Below, in pieces: positions 1 through 12,683 of a DNA stretch of 64,000 nucleotides. This DNA comes from Octopus vulgaris (Eukaryota). Location of the stretch: assembly GCA_951406725.2 (NCBI GenBank), contig OX597830.1, positions 25,296,001 to 25,360,000 on the forward strand, given 5' to 3'. The notes beneath the pieces were generated by a model. It saw only the letters and a program-made list of their open reading frames with translations, was not told the origin of the DNA and ran no database searches. Numbering within the stretch: position 1 is the stretch's first letter; the number at the start of each line of letters is the position of its first letter. A program made the position numbers and the translations under genes.

Positions 1-1532
1 CGATAGTTTCCCTTCTTTCGTTTGAGGCTGGTGATTCGCAGCGTCGCTACTCAGAGTATCTCAAATAATGTGCCATCCCTCAGGTAATAAAAACAGAAAA
101 TATATATGTGTGTACGTGGTGCGTATGTGCAAAATTTTAACGGCGAAAATATCAACACGGAAGACTTGAAATTGTCCATGAAAGAAACGTGACTGGTTTT
201 GGAAGAGTCAAGATGCTAAACTAATTCTTAGAAGAAGAGCACATTTAAAAAGACGACAATCGTCCTAAATAAACACAAATACAAAGTAATTCTGTCTCAG
301 TATGTGTATGTATATATATATATATATATATGTATTTATATACACACACATTCATACGCATGTGTACATTTCGTACACGTATATAGAAAGCAGTTACTAA
401 GAGCATGTGTATGTATATGGTGCATGTAGTAAAAAAAGCAAGATTGCTCTCACGGTGATGGCTAAAAACAGGCCAAAGCACATCTGTATAGAAACCTGCA
501 TGTAGCCAGATATATATACTTATATACAGGTATCCACATAGAAGCACGGGTGTATGTATATATACATATACCTGTATGTAAAAAGGATTAAAGAGAAGCT
601 CACCGTTTTCGCCATGTCGACGTTGAATGTTTATCGTCCTTTTTGTTGTGATAGTGTCGACGGGGGAGGGGGAATGTAACTTTCCGGTTTAGTATAGCAC
701 TGCCCTCTGCTGGCTCAGTCGTTCGACGCTTCAGCCGATAAGCAAGGGGATATAATTCAGATAATGACACCTTTTTTCATTTATTTATCTATTTATTTAT
801 TTATTAATACCCGCGTCCTCTGTCGAGTTTGTCTTTTAATGAAATGAATTTAAATATCCAAAGCTCTGTTTCTTTCTTTCTTTTAGTTCTATTCTTGACT
901 GTAGTGATTTCATTTCATTTACCGTTAATAAGAAATTAGGAAAAACACTTTTCACCACCTTTATTAAATTTAAGGCTTTGTATCGTGCAAATAGTTTTTT
1001 TTTTTTCTCTTTTTTTTTTTTACATCGACGCTTGATGGACCTACGAGAAATAGCAGCTAAATTTCCATCAAATTATACCATGATTGTTTAAAAAGAAGCC
1101 CATATTAGATAATGTAACCCCAGATATTCCTCTCCGCCTAAAAAAAAAAAAGACCCTAGACGATAGAGACAGGAATTATGTCTTGGGTTCTAGCTCTGCT
1201 CGATAAGGATTGACCAGAAGCTAAACAACTAAAAAGCAATCTGAAGGTGTTTGTGAATCCTAACAACTATGATAACTATTTCTCCAATAAGTTCGTTAAG
1301 ATTAAGACTCTGGTTACATTAATTTCGATTCTTAATTACCGTAACGCCACTTATAATGTTGATAAATTATTTCATTTCTAGGTTGAAAACCAAAGGGACC
1401 AGCCCAATTGAGTTTTGATCGCTAAGAGAGTTAAAATACCGAAAGCATTAGCCGGGGATTTTGTTAAAATGATATGCAATTGATCGTTTCATATATTGAA
1501 GCAAATTCACCGCTTCCTTGCAGAGGTTTGGC

Positions 1533-1573
<41 letters not shown>

Positions 1574-2064
1574 GAACATTGTGATTGTCAGAAATAAGCA
1601 GTTGACCAGAAAGATTCTTATCTCATCCGGTTAATCTTTGAAACTTGAGCTAAGCACTAGCTATTAAGAGTTACTCATGAATACAGGATGAGAGTCCTTT
1701 ATAATAACCACCTCATCACCAGCGTAATTATAAACTGGCTTTTGAGTCATCCAGAGAGTTCGTGATGGGTATAACGGCAGTCCTACTGTCCTATTGTTCT
1801 GGATAAATAACTTCTAAACGCCCAAGTTCATCACAGAGCTTTAGAATAATACTGCTAATGAATGTAAAGGAGTATTTATGCCCATTTTTAATTTCTGGCG
1901 TTATCTTTTTTCTTTTATTTGTTTCATTCATTGAACTTTGGCCACTTGCTTAAAGGATTTAGTCGTACAAGTCGACCACAGTATTTATTTTAAAGTCTGA
2001 TAATTATTTCCTAGGTCTTTGGCGAACCTCTATATTACGAGGACGAAAACAAGCCATATATGTT

Positions 2065-2126
<62 letters not shown>

Positions 2127-2130
2127 TAAT

Positions 2131-2229
2131 CTTCACAAACCGTTACTCAGGGTTTCCGTTCGGCAGAGCGTTGTGATCACAGCTGTCCGACGAACGGTAG
2201 CATGAAACTCTGAATAACAGTTTATGAAG
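2131..2229. repeat. ~100-bp hairpin made of inverted hammerhead-like halves
   Basis: CTTCACAAACCGTTACTCAGGGTTTC pairs with GAAACTCTGAATAACAGTTTATGAAG (22/26). Confidence 0.7.
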
Positions 2230-2387
2230 GGGTTTTTTTTTCGGCTTTAGTAAAAGCATCTTACTCAACCTTCGGTATTCGAGTACTATTTTTTTCACCT
2301 TGCATTTATATATATAGATGCATATATACCGTGTTTCCCTGAAAATAAGACCTGATCTTATATTAATTTTGCATCAAAAAAACGAAC

Positions 2388-2762
2388 TTTTCGGCTGCGG
2401 AGAATACGAATCTGCAAAATAATTGGCAAAAATCGACATTTCTAAATTACCACCCCACCCCACTACCATTTCCTTCATTTTAAACTTTTTTCACAATTTT
2501 ATTTTTTCAAAATATGCGGGAAAATACGGAGATTATCATGCTGAAAAAAATTTCCAAAAATCTTTGTAAAATTTTTTTTTCTAAATCTGCGGAAAAATAC
2601 GGACATCATGATTCGGACAAAAATTTCAAAACATTTCTGTACTTACGGTTAGGGTTTTAGGGTTAGGGTTAGAGTTGGGGAAAAAGTCAAAATTGAAGAA
2701 GTTGGGGGGAAATTTCACAATGCCAATTTTTGGCAATTTTCCGGAACCTCCGTATCCGAAAA
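2388..2762. mobile_element. inverted-repeat (MITE-like) element containing TTAGGG units, nested in the pogo element
   Basis: Inverted pairs 2388-2402/2748-2762 (13/15) and 2421-2440/2719-2738 (17/20), an internal imperfect ~70-bp tandem duplication, and TTAGGG units at about 2649-2674. Confidence 0.6.
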
Positions 2763-3019
2763 CGGGGTTTTTTGGCAAAAAAAAAAAAAAAAATTACAAA
2801 AATAAACAAATTGGGAGAAAATGGGGGAGTCTTTCTCCCATTATTTTAGTTATCAAAAGTTTACTTATTTGCTTCTTGGTTTTAGTCAAGTACAAACATT
2901 CCGTCCTCTTCTGGAACATCAAATCATCAAACCCCGAACTTCAGACTGAACTTCTTGCAAATCCATTTCCTATAGAATCATGGGCCCCCGTCTCTCATGT
3001 TTGGCAATATAACTTTCCT

Positions 3020-4174
3020 TAAATGAACCCTTTTTTGTTCACGTACCCTGCTCATAGTGCATTGGCAACGCAACTGTCGGTAATTTTATTCCATGAATTC
3101 TTCACCCAATTCACGACTTCTTGGAGGTTAATTTGACAAAGTTTCCACCCTAATTTCTCTCCATTCTATGTTCAATATATTCATTCACTTCCATCCGCAA
3201 ATAATCCTTGAAGGGCTTATTTATTACAAGATCTAATGTTTGTAGATATGAAGTAATTCCCGCAGGAATCATTATGTGGTCTATTCTTCTTTCAGAAAGG
3301 AAGGTTTTCACATCTTTTGCGCGATGAGTACTGACCGAATCCCAGACTTAAAGACTTCTTTGAGAACTACGTAAAACAAGTGACATAGTTAAATCAACCA
3401 TTTTTTTTTTATAACAGCTTGTGTGCGCCAAGCCTTTTTCGTCTCAAGGACATAAATGTTCGAAATTCGTTCTATTTTCTCTTTTTAACCCTTTATGATG
3501 ATAAACGGTGGGACTTCTGTTCGATCAAGACGAATTGCTGAAATACAAGTTACACTTGCCCCTTCGTAACCCGCTGGGGAAGCGTAGATTGACGAGGTAC
3601 TTGTCTGTTCAATTGTCGTTTTAGATCCTTGGCCCGTAAATACTGTAGTCTCATTCATAGCAATTATGTTGGAGAGACTGTATTTAGAAAAGTCGATGCC
3701 ATCAACGAAGGACTTGAATGCAAGTGCACGTTGAATCACTTCAGCATCCCCCAGCTTGAACAGAGTTGTCGATCTTCTTAGAGAGAGCTCATATCGCCGA
3801 AAGAAGCTATCCAACCAATGAGGTGAAGCTTTGAATATTTCTGGGGGTATATCCAACTGTGGTGCCATTGCAAGAGCAAATTCTTGAATATCAAACCTGC
3901 GTACAACCAAAGCCTTTGTTCTTTTGTCAGCAATCCATCCCGAGGTGATATCTTCCAGCTCCGAAAATAACGGTTGTCGACCTGATCTGCATTTGCGCTT
4001 CTTAGCACTTCCCTCATCCCCCTGTCTGTTGAGTTTATCGTACTCTGCTCGCCATTTTCGAACCATTCGGCGATCCAACATCTCCTTACAGAATGACGTA
4101 AGGTTCTTGTTATGTGACTTTTCCACAATTCCTTTCCTGTACTCCACAGAATAACTCTTTCTTTTTGCACTCAT
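3020..4174 (-). pseudogene. pogo transposase pseudogene (Brinker-like HTH, CENP-B HTH, DDE)
   Basis: ORF 3485-4174 has SYSVEYRKGIVE, GRQPLFSELE, FKASPHWLDSFFRRYELSLRRST and IIAMNETT (first catalytic D read as N). After a frame break come WDSVSTH and IPAGITSYLQTLDLVINKPFK, with stops further on. Confidence 0.88.
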
Positions 4175-4641
4175 CTTGCCTGGGGAACAAGGGAGTCAAA
4201 CCAAGGGAGTCAACTCCGTGCAAGCGCGCTTAGCGCAGGCTTTCGCCAAGCTTTGATAGTTGGTTTATTTTGCAAACATCACATGGTCTTGCTAACAAGC
4301 TGATGCAGTATTGACTAGGTCTTATTTCAGGCTCGGGCTTATATTAAAAGCATCTTGAAAAATCATGGTAGGGCTTATTTTCGGGGAAAATGTGTGCGCA
4401 TGCGCGCGCGTGTTCATCCGACGGGCTTCCATACAGTTTCCATCAGCAAAATTCACTACAGTGGAGGACACTTGCCCAAAGTGCCGCACTGAGGGACTGA
4501 AACTGAAACCTCGTGGTTGCAAATCGAGCTACTTAACGTCACAGCTATGCATGTTCTTTTTTTTTTTTTTACTTTACTCGTTTTTTAAACCTTATTTTTA
4601 CTATTCACTTTTTAAAATCATTAGTTAGTTCATATCTCACT

Positions 4642-6803
4642 CAATTCTGCTGCTGTCGTAAGCCTTTTGTTGTTTTTGTTGCTTTTCTCCCACTGTTGGG
4701 TAACTCAGGCGGTAGAAAACTAATATATTTCTTATGCTCTTCCCATGTTCACTGAGAGTTAGTTGATAATCTGATATATACGCAATCCATCGCGCTTCTG
4801 ACACTGGATAAAGCGTGATACTTAGATACTTAGGTAAGTTTCGACCACAACTGGCCCAGGCCATATCTAAATATCACCACCTGGAAAAGACATTTAATGA
4901 TATTTCATATTCTTTAGGCACCATAGCCCATTCATGTACAGTTGTTGTTCGGAGAGATGTATCCGGCTGTAGGTATTTATCTGGAATTTGTTGGTGGTAT
5001 TAATCTAGGAACCATTTGAATGTTATAAGATCTTTTACTTTCCTTATGTTTCTTGGTACGATGTTAAAAAGAGCAGGGCCAGTTGAGGTAAAATAGTTCT
5101 TAGTGTTGTGATGTAACACAAGCATGGTTTTTGTAGAGGACGGACGGCACAGGGGCCAAGATTTGAGTGAATTTTAAAGTTGAAGCCAGCCCCGGGCCGA
5201 TCAAAGCCTTGTGAGTGGATTTGGTAGACGGAAACTGAAAGAAGCCTGTCGTATATATGTATGTGTTTGTGTGTCTGTATTTGTCCCCCTAGCATTGCTT
5301 GACAACCGATGCTGGTGTGTTTTCGTCCCCGTCACTTAGCGGTTCGGCAAAAGAGACCGATAGAATAAGTACTGGGCTTACAAAGAATAAGTCCCGGGGT
5401 CGATTTGCTCGACTAAAGGCGGTGCTCCAACATGGCCGCAGTCAAATGACTGAAACAAGTAAAAGAGTAAAAGAGAGAGTATCATTATGAAGTTCTATTC
5501 ACCACCATCTTCAATCTTTCAATAGATTAGCCAGGAAGAAAAGCGATTCAGCTTTACATCTTGTAAGACGACGACTAGTGAACTTGGGATATACTTGGCA
5601 ATACGCCTATATTCCGTAGCAATGGCAAAAAAAGTATTCCAGAGCGAAGATCGATGAATGCAGATAATTATTCTGCAGAATAATATTCATCTAATTCTTC
5701 AAATACAAATTGAAGTTTAAAAAAACAAATGGCTATATTCTTGGTGATGCAAGTTTTTATAAAAAGTAGATGAAAACACACAGAAACGGACACGGCCGGT
5801 TAAGCGGGAGAAAAGGAAAATAGTCAAAAGTCAGTAATAGGTACGAAAATGGTATTGTCTGCAATACTAAGAATATTTGCTGTTAGAGAGTAATAGCTAG
5901 AGCTCGTAAATACTCTTGAACCAGTTGCATATAAAAGTGGGCGACTAAAATTTGAATGTTTAGCGAAATTTGAAGTATTTGAGATTATTGAAATGTAGAA
6001 TTATGTAGAGTAAGCTGTTGATGGAATGGTCAATATTTAACATTTGATGCCACTTTAAGAGACAGAAACTAACAAACAAAGAGGACCAAGAACCATTTAA
6101 ACTGGTCGTGAAACCAACAAGTTCTGGAAGACAAAATGTTATTTTAGTTTATAAAAACAAGTAGATCGAAAATTAAATTTTAGGTCTCCAGAACAGATAT
6201 TATTCGAGGAAAAAGGTTCGAAACGGTAGGGGTGAAATTTCCGAATGAAATGCACTCTATACTCTATCACACCCTTGAATGTGACAAACGGATCCTCGTA
6301 ACTATCTACATCGTCCGGAGGGTGATTGATGCGCCACCAGAAATAGACATCTGCAGGTCAACAGTGGCCGTGTTTTGCTCGATATCGAAGAAAATAATGA
6401 ATATATTGTAGGTCCATAGACTCGGATAAAAAGAAAAAGAAAGAAAAAGATTGGGCGCAGGGATGTGTTATTGATCTAAACGGATCAAAAAGAACAGAAA
6501 CCATCCCGGGCTCGGTCATTCTGTCAGGCGGATTGCAACTGTGCGTGACAGCTGAAGACAGAAAGTCCAGATGTCACTAATGCGGTAACGCAAATTATTT
6601 AAAGGCTTTCTGTTTCTGTCTAGGAAGGGAGAAAGAAGATATCCCACTGCTGACTATTGCCACTTCCACAACACCAACAACAAAAACCGCAGCCGCGAAA
6701 GCAGCAGCAGCAGCAGCAACAACAGCAACAATAGAAACAACAACGCCAACAGTGGGAGAAAAGCAACAAAAACAACAAAAGGCTTACGACAGCAGCAGAA
6801 TTG
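4642..6803. repeat. segment bounded by a perfect 58-bp inverted repeat
   Basis: 4642-4699 is the exact reverse complement of 6746-6803. Confidence 0.9.
5190..5480 (+). mobile_element. SINE family A copy, 5' truncated
   Basis: Shares the body GCCGACCAAAGCCTTGTGAGTGGATTTGGTAGACGGAAACTGAAAGAAGCC...CAGTCAAATGACTGAAACAAGTAAAAGAG with the full copies. Confidence 0.85.
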
Positions 6804-6804
6804 T

Positions 6805-7400
6805 TAGCCCGCCGAAGAAAATACTTAGAGGCATTTCATGCGGCTCTTCACTTTCTGAGTTCAAATACCGTCGATGTTGACTTTGCCTTTCATCCTTTCG
6901 GGGTCGATAAAATAAGTACCTGCTGAGTAATGGGGTTGATGTAATCATCTTACCTCTCCCCCAAGACTGATGGCCTTATGCCAAAATTTGAAACCATTAT
7001 TTAAAGGTGGTGAGGTGGCAGAATCACTAGCACGCGCAAGAAAATGTTTTGCGGTATTTCGTCCGTCTCTACGTTCTGAGTTCAAATTCCACCGAGGACG
7101 ATTTTGCCTTTCATCATTTCGGGGTCGATATAATCGACTGTCCCCCTCCCAAATTTGAGGCTTTGAGCCTATTATTATTATTATTATTATTAAGGCGGCG
7201 AGCTGGCAGAATCTTCAGCACGCCGGGCAAAATGCTTAGCGGCATTTGATCCACTTTTACGTTCTGAGTTCAAATTCCGCCGAAGTCGACTTTGCCTTTC
7301 ATCCTTTCGGGGTCGATGAATTAAGTATCAGTGAAACACTGGGGTCGATATGACCGACTCACCCCCTTCCCCAAATTTCAGGCCTTGTGCCTTTAGTAGT
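6805..7400 (+). mobile_element. three tandem copies of SINE family B
   Basis: Repeated GGCGGCGAGCTGGCAGAA...GTTCTGAGTTCAAATTCCGCCGAGGTCGACTTTGCCTTTCATCCTTTCGGGGTCGATAAA. The core resembles the Meta-type SINE central domain (recalled, not searched). Confidence 0.85.
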
Positions 7401-8329
7401 TATATTATTATTATTGCCGTCAAACTGGGACGTAATTTGTAAGCGCTTAATCAAGCGTTTCGGTTGATTGCAGCCCGTTCATTCACAATTTTATTTAACA
7501 AGTATTTTTTGCGTGAATTGTCTGGATCATGGTGGTAACGTTTTATGTAGTTGTACCCCCTTTTTTTGGGGGGGGGGTGTAATAATTGTTTTGCATTTTT
7601 GAATTTTTTGTGAAGACAGGATTTTATTCATTTTTCCTATTTAAAAAAAATGTCGGATTGCGAGAAAATAATAATAATCGGCCAAGAGCAGCGTTCTATA
7701 GACGCCGACCAAGAGCAGCGTTCTGTTGTAACTCCAAAAAACAAACGCAGCCGAAGGAGAAATTAATTTTTCGCCAAAGAGAAATATAATTTCCTCTTGT
7801 TGCTACGACGACAGTAACAAGTGCAAAAGTACCAACAGCAACGATAATGACGACGGCGACTACAACAGCAGTAGCAGCAGCACCACCACCACCACCACCA
7901 TAAACAGCAGAAACAACAACAATAACAGCAACTGTATCGACAACAACATCAGCAACAAGATGAACAAAATTGTAAACAAGAAAAGTAACACGAACAAGAT
8001 TGAAAACAACAACAGTGATAACTGTGAGGAAAACAACAACAACAACGACGACGACACCAACAATAAAAACAACAACAGCAGCAGCAATAATAACAATGAA
8101 CCTCAACAAAGCTAATTCCGTTAGCAATTGGACTATTTTTTTTAGTGGATGACTTGAAAATTAAGGCCCTGTAATACAAGAGTGACATTAAGAAACCGGG
8201 TGTTATGTGCTTTAGAGAAGAGGAGAAAAAAAAACCTCCGAAAGACGAACAGTTGTTTATAAATGTGTTTCTCGCAAGGAGAAAAAAAAACTTAAATTTC
8301 CTGCTCCAGCGGAGACCGAAAAATGCCTG

Positions 8330-9740
8330 GAAGATGTGTGGCCCTCAGTGCTACACATACAAAAAGGTAAGCAATATGGAATAGTTGCTGCTATGTGCAG
8401 CATTGAGCAAGAAGCCAGAAGAATGGCTACTATAACTTGCACGTTCCAGGCTTCTGTAATGATTCCCCACTACATGGGTAAAAGGTTGACTCGAATTCGA
8501 GCGAAGAACGTGTCGGGTCACCGTGATCCGGCGAGAGTTTTAGCCATTCTGGAGGAGCTTGGGGAGATTGTGGAGGTGAAGTTTACCCCACAACTCAACA
8601 AGACTGGAATTCTTATGGAATGCCAGATACTAGTTTCTCCAGAAGAAATAAATCGCATTCCTGATTTTTTTCTGTTTCAGGGAATGCAAACAAATGGCAG
8701 TTTCTATAGTGGGGGAGGGGAAACAAGTGTTTTGTGTGTGTGTGTGTGGGGGGAATTCGAACCATCTCAAAGTCTTTTGCGCCGCGGTGAAGAAAGTACG
8801 AAGCTCTCCACCGTTACTACCAAGGTGGGGACAAAACTATTACCTCGCATCTGCCTTCTCGGTGGTCAAAGTAAATGGCCATCTATCGAAACCGTTTAAC
8901 ATCGCACGCTCGGTCCGTCAGGGCTGCCCGCTGTCACCTATTCTGCATGTGCTGCGGAAGCTGGAACAATTGAGGGGCTTCCCTTTCGAACTGGGACTCG
9001 GAAGAGTAGTGTCTGCATACACGGACGACGTCACCGTCATGGTGTCGGATGCCTACGAAATGGAGACGGTTGGCTCAATTCTAGAAAAATATGAGACGAT
9101 TGCAGGGTCTACAATCAATACCGAGAAGTTGGTGGGCTTGCAACTGGGCACCTGGAGAGGCAGATCGATGCCGTCAGACGCTGGACGGACCAGTTAAACT
9201 GTTCAGGGTCTGGTTTGGTCCCGACTTCCAGGTGAATAAGAATTGGGACGAGTTAACGAACAGGGTGACCAGTCTTACTCAGAAATGGGCCGAGAGGAAG
9301 CTGTCCTTGAAAGGTTGGGCAGAGGTGGCGAATGCCTACACCGCATCCGTTATCATTTATCACCTGACAATCGTGCCTTGCCCCAGTTATTGCATGTTGA
9401 GCATCTTTTGTTCATGTTCTTGTAGAAGGGACGCGTTCCAATGGTCAAGCGGTCAATCTGCTGTCAGTTCCCTCTGAGTGGCGGCTTAGGCATGCCGTGG
9501 CTTTTGATGCGCAGACACGTGCTCAGGTTGCGTCACATGCAACGAGTTCTAGAAGGCGAACGTGTGTGGGTTCCGTTTGTGATGTACCTGTTTCCGCAAC
9601 TCTTCTCTTTGACGGAGCTGCAGTCCTGGGTGAAGGACTATAGACCAAGACTGGGCGCCTGGCACCTAGAATGTCAGGCGCTCATTGTCCTCTGCCAGTC
9701 AGGCAATAAAATCAGTGGATGTTCCACTGGCCCTCTCCCC
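8330..9740 (+). mobile_element. L1/Tx1-clade LINE remnant (ORF1 remnant joined to a partial RT)
   Basis: VKVNGHLSKPFNIARSVRQGCPLSP, AYTDDVT, YETIAGSTINTEK, WAERKLSLKG and PLSGGLGMP, in shifting frames. Confidence 0.88.
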
Positions 9741-9766
9741 CAAAACTTCAGGCCAAATATTATTGA

Positions 9767-9810
<44 letters not shown>

Positions 9811-10559
9811 AAGAAGTGAATTCATCAAAATAGTTTTCTGCAGTAATGAGTTCTTGGATCTCACAGAAGCTCGGCAGTCGTTTTATGACTTAACTTATTG
9901 ACTCTGGAGAGAAATACTAAATTTTCTTAATGATTTGAGATTTGTAGCTTTCTGAAAAGATAGCTTTAGGTGTTGAGTTCTCTGGCGTGTCTAATATAGT
10001 GGAAATTCTATTAGTCGGTGGATTTTCATGAAAATTCACTGAGTGACGAAGTTTGTTCTTTGAATAAATAATGTTTCGTGCATGTCAGTGTAATTAAACT
10101 TGACTAGGTTATCATATCGCTATCAGAGGATATCACAATGATGGTTAGTAATAGATGAGGTGGATGATTGGTGAGAACTACGAAAAATACAGGCAGGAGA
10201 AGGTTGACGGTTGGAGAGCAAATATGGTAAGAAACTTCAATGCGTTTGAAATAATTACTGTCAGTTCGGCATGGCATCTAAGGAAATTCTATGTTTAGGA
10301 AACATGAAAACAGAATTTAAAATCTATGAAATGACTATTTGTAAGATAATAGTTCTTCAATAGAATAAAGAAATAAACTATAAATAAAACACATCTCTCT
10401 GTTCATTTCAATACACACACCCACATGTATGTGTGTGTGTGTATATATATATATACACATATATACACTCACACATACACACAGAGATACATGCACACAC
10501 ACACACACACACACACATGAGTGTACATACATACATACATGCATGCATATATTATTATT

Positions 10560-11213
10560 TCTCTTTATCACAGGTTTTGTTGGAGCTCCTGGTGTCTTAC
10601 ATGCATAGCCACCTTGCTACCTGCAGCCTATGCTACCATACTTGCCATACTTTTTCAGCTATCTAATACTTTCTTGATTATTCTGGCCGTTCCAAGGGGG
10701 CAAACCCTTTGCTACAGTTCTACAGGGTACGCTATTCCAATTTCCTTTATATTCTCCCCTTGATGCCTTCTGATACTGTTCCCAAGGACCCAACAATAAT
10801 TTCCTATAGCCGGGCTATTTCGTTCTTAAGAGGGTTGTATCTATCTATCTTTTCTTTTTCCTTCTTCACTATTCGTGGGTCAAACGGGCATGCAACATCA
10901 AATATATAGCACATGTGATGCATCTTGCCCGCCACCACTAGGTCCGGTCTGTTATGCTCTAGCACCTGATCTGTTTGGATTGGGAAATTCCAGAAGATTT
11001 TGCTAGTCTCTGACTCCGCCGTTCTCTGTGGTTTGCGCTCATACCACGTCTTGCCTCTCTCTAGCCCCCGCTTTTCGCACAATTTCCAGTGTAGCACTTT
11101 CACTACCTGATCGTGTCACCACAATTTATAATGGTTTTGGGCAAGACTAGGGTTTTCGTTCATGATATGGGCAATGGTTTCATTCACTCTATTGCAGATG
11201 CGGTACAGCGGAG
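10560..11213 (-). mobile_element. R4/Dong-like non-LTR retrotransposon 3' end (restriction-like endonuclease)
   Basis: HDQVVKVLHWKLC, KIFWNFPIQTD...HNRPDLVV...IFDVACPFD...KEKEKIDRY, IIVGSLG. Flanked by ATT/TAA repeats. Confidence 0.85.
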
Positions 11214-12683
11214 ATTATTATTATTATTATTATTGAGTGAGAGAGCAGTGCATGCCATCAAAGTGACACTGGGGTAAAATATACGAAGCCCAGTATACCC
11301 ATCATGACTACCCGTCTGATAAGGGTATTATTATTGTTGTTGTTGTTATTATTAGATAATAAATCGTATGGTATACCCCTGGTAGCTTACTGGTAAAGCA
11401 TGTCGACTTCCAACAGTGTTCGTTGGGTATTTGAATAATGAGAGGGATGGAAGATGGAAGATACGAAAATGTTTATTAATCACTACAGATCCATCTAGTG
11501 TCGATCCCTCGCGGGTGGGATACTTAACAACTGATTTAAGAGTATCTGACGGTGTAGATGTGCCTTTTCAGATGATTACAAGACGTATCTCGTTAAAATA
11601 ACAACTGTTCTGTAAGATATCTTCTCGGTTTGTGTATAGAAAAGCAGCAAACTAAAGGATACAGCTTCATTTTTATACAAGATCAATAATAAACAAGAAA
11701 ACTCAGAGAGCGCAAACCTCCGCCAACGCAACACCAACGTCCTCTCAACGATTAACCGGAGATAATTTTTAAAATGAGTATATCTGAAATAAAGTCGACT
11801 GTTTTCACAAACGGTAATACTAAAATGAACCCGATCGCTTTCAGACGGAAATATAATCCATATCCATGTCCGGTACCTGATCGATCCCAATGGGAGTCAT
11901 GGAATGTGCAAGTGGGTGTGCAGGCTGTGTTTATAATGCTGTGTGAGTGTCTTCTGGGTAATGAAAATATTTGCATGTCGATCAGTCTTTGGGAGTCACC
12001 ATGTAAAAGTTTTGGAAACACTGGTTGAAATGCAAAAGGAATTTTGGTAGAGAAACGTAATTGAACATAAGAATTATAATTGTAATGAAATGCATACTGT
12101 ATCGTGGTCGTAAAAATATGTATCTATAACATCTGCTAATGCACATTGAGTGAGATGTGAAGGGAGAGGAGATAAAATACTAATACAGTGAAGGAGAAGT
12201 AGTGAGAGTAATAGCCATGACTGTGAGGGAGTGAGAGAATATAATGACAATGAGAGAGACGAAACGAAGTGGCAGAGAGGGTGTCACATGAATAAGAAAG
12301 GCAGGGGTGATAGATGAATAACGAAGGAAGGAATGAAAAAGCCGATGAACGGCATTTGAAGTGTGAATGTATGTGTGTGTAAAAGAGAGGTATATTGGAA
12401 TGTTTGCGCGCGCGCATGTATGTACAATCGAAATGGGATGGTAATGTTCAACGCTGAAAATGTGTGAGTATATGTGAATGCGTGTACAAGAGAACTATGT
12501 GAAACTTTACATATTCATTGTAAAGTAAAGAAAATATAAAAAATAATCCCGAATCCTTGTCAGGTACCGGATCGATCCCAAAATCTAATCAGTTCGTACC
12601 AGTCACGAGGCCAAACATCCCTGAAAGTTTCATCCGAATTCATCCAGCGGTTCTTCAGATAACTTGTCCACGGACAAACAAAC

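Larger units (their letters stand above)
2329..4394 (-). mobile_element. pogo-superfamily (POGK-like) DNA transposon, decayed
   Basis: Left TIR TA|CCGTGTTTCCCTGAAAATAAGACC. The right copy GGGCTTATTTTCGGGGAAA matches at 17/19 over the inner part and has an eroded tip. The element encloses a transposase. Confidence 0.85.

Noticed and set aside
2649-2674. True telomere or chromosome-fusion scar
   Set aside because: Only 3-4 imperfect units in one orientation, inside a small inverted-repeat element.
3485-4174. Possible domesticated POGK-like gene
   Set aside because: It retains TIRs, the DDE domain is broken by a frame disruption and stops, and the first catalytic Asp reads Asn.
6544-6578. CTGAAGA...GAAA hammerhead-like match
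   Set aside because: There is no stem II and no valid stem III or cleavage triplet, so it is likely chance.
7696-8188. Hydrophobic, membrane-protein-like ORFs
   Set aside because: They arise from ACA/GCA low-complexity sequence and have no splice or domain support.
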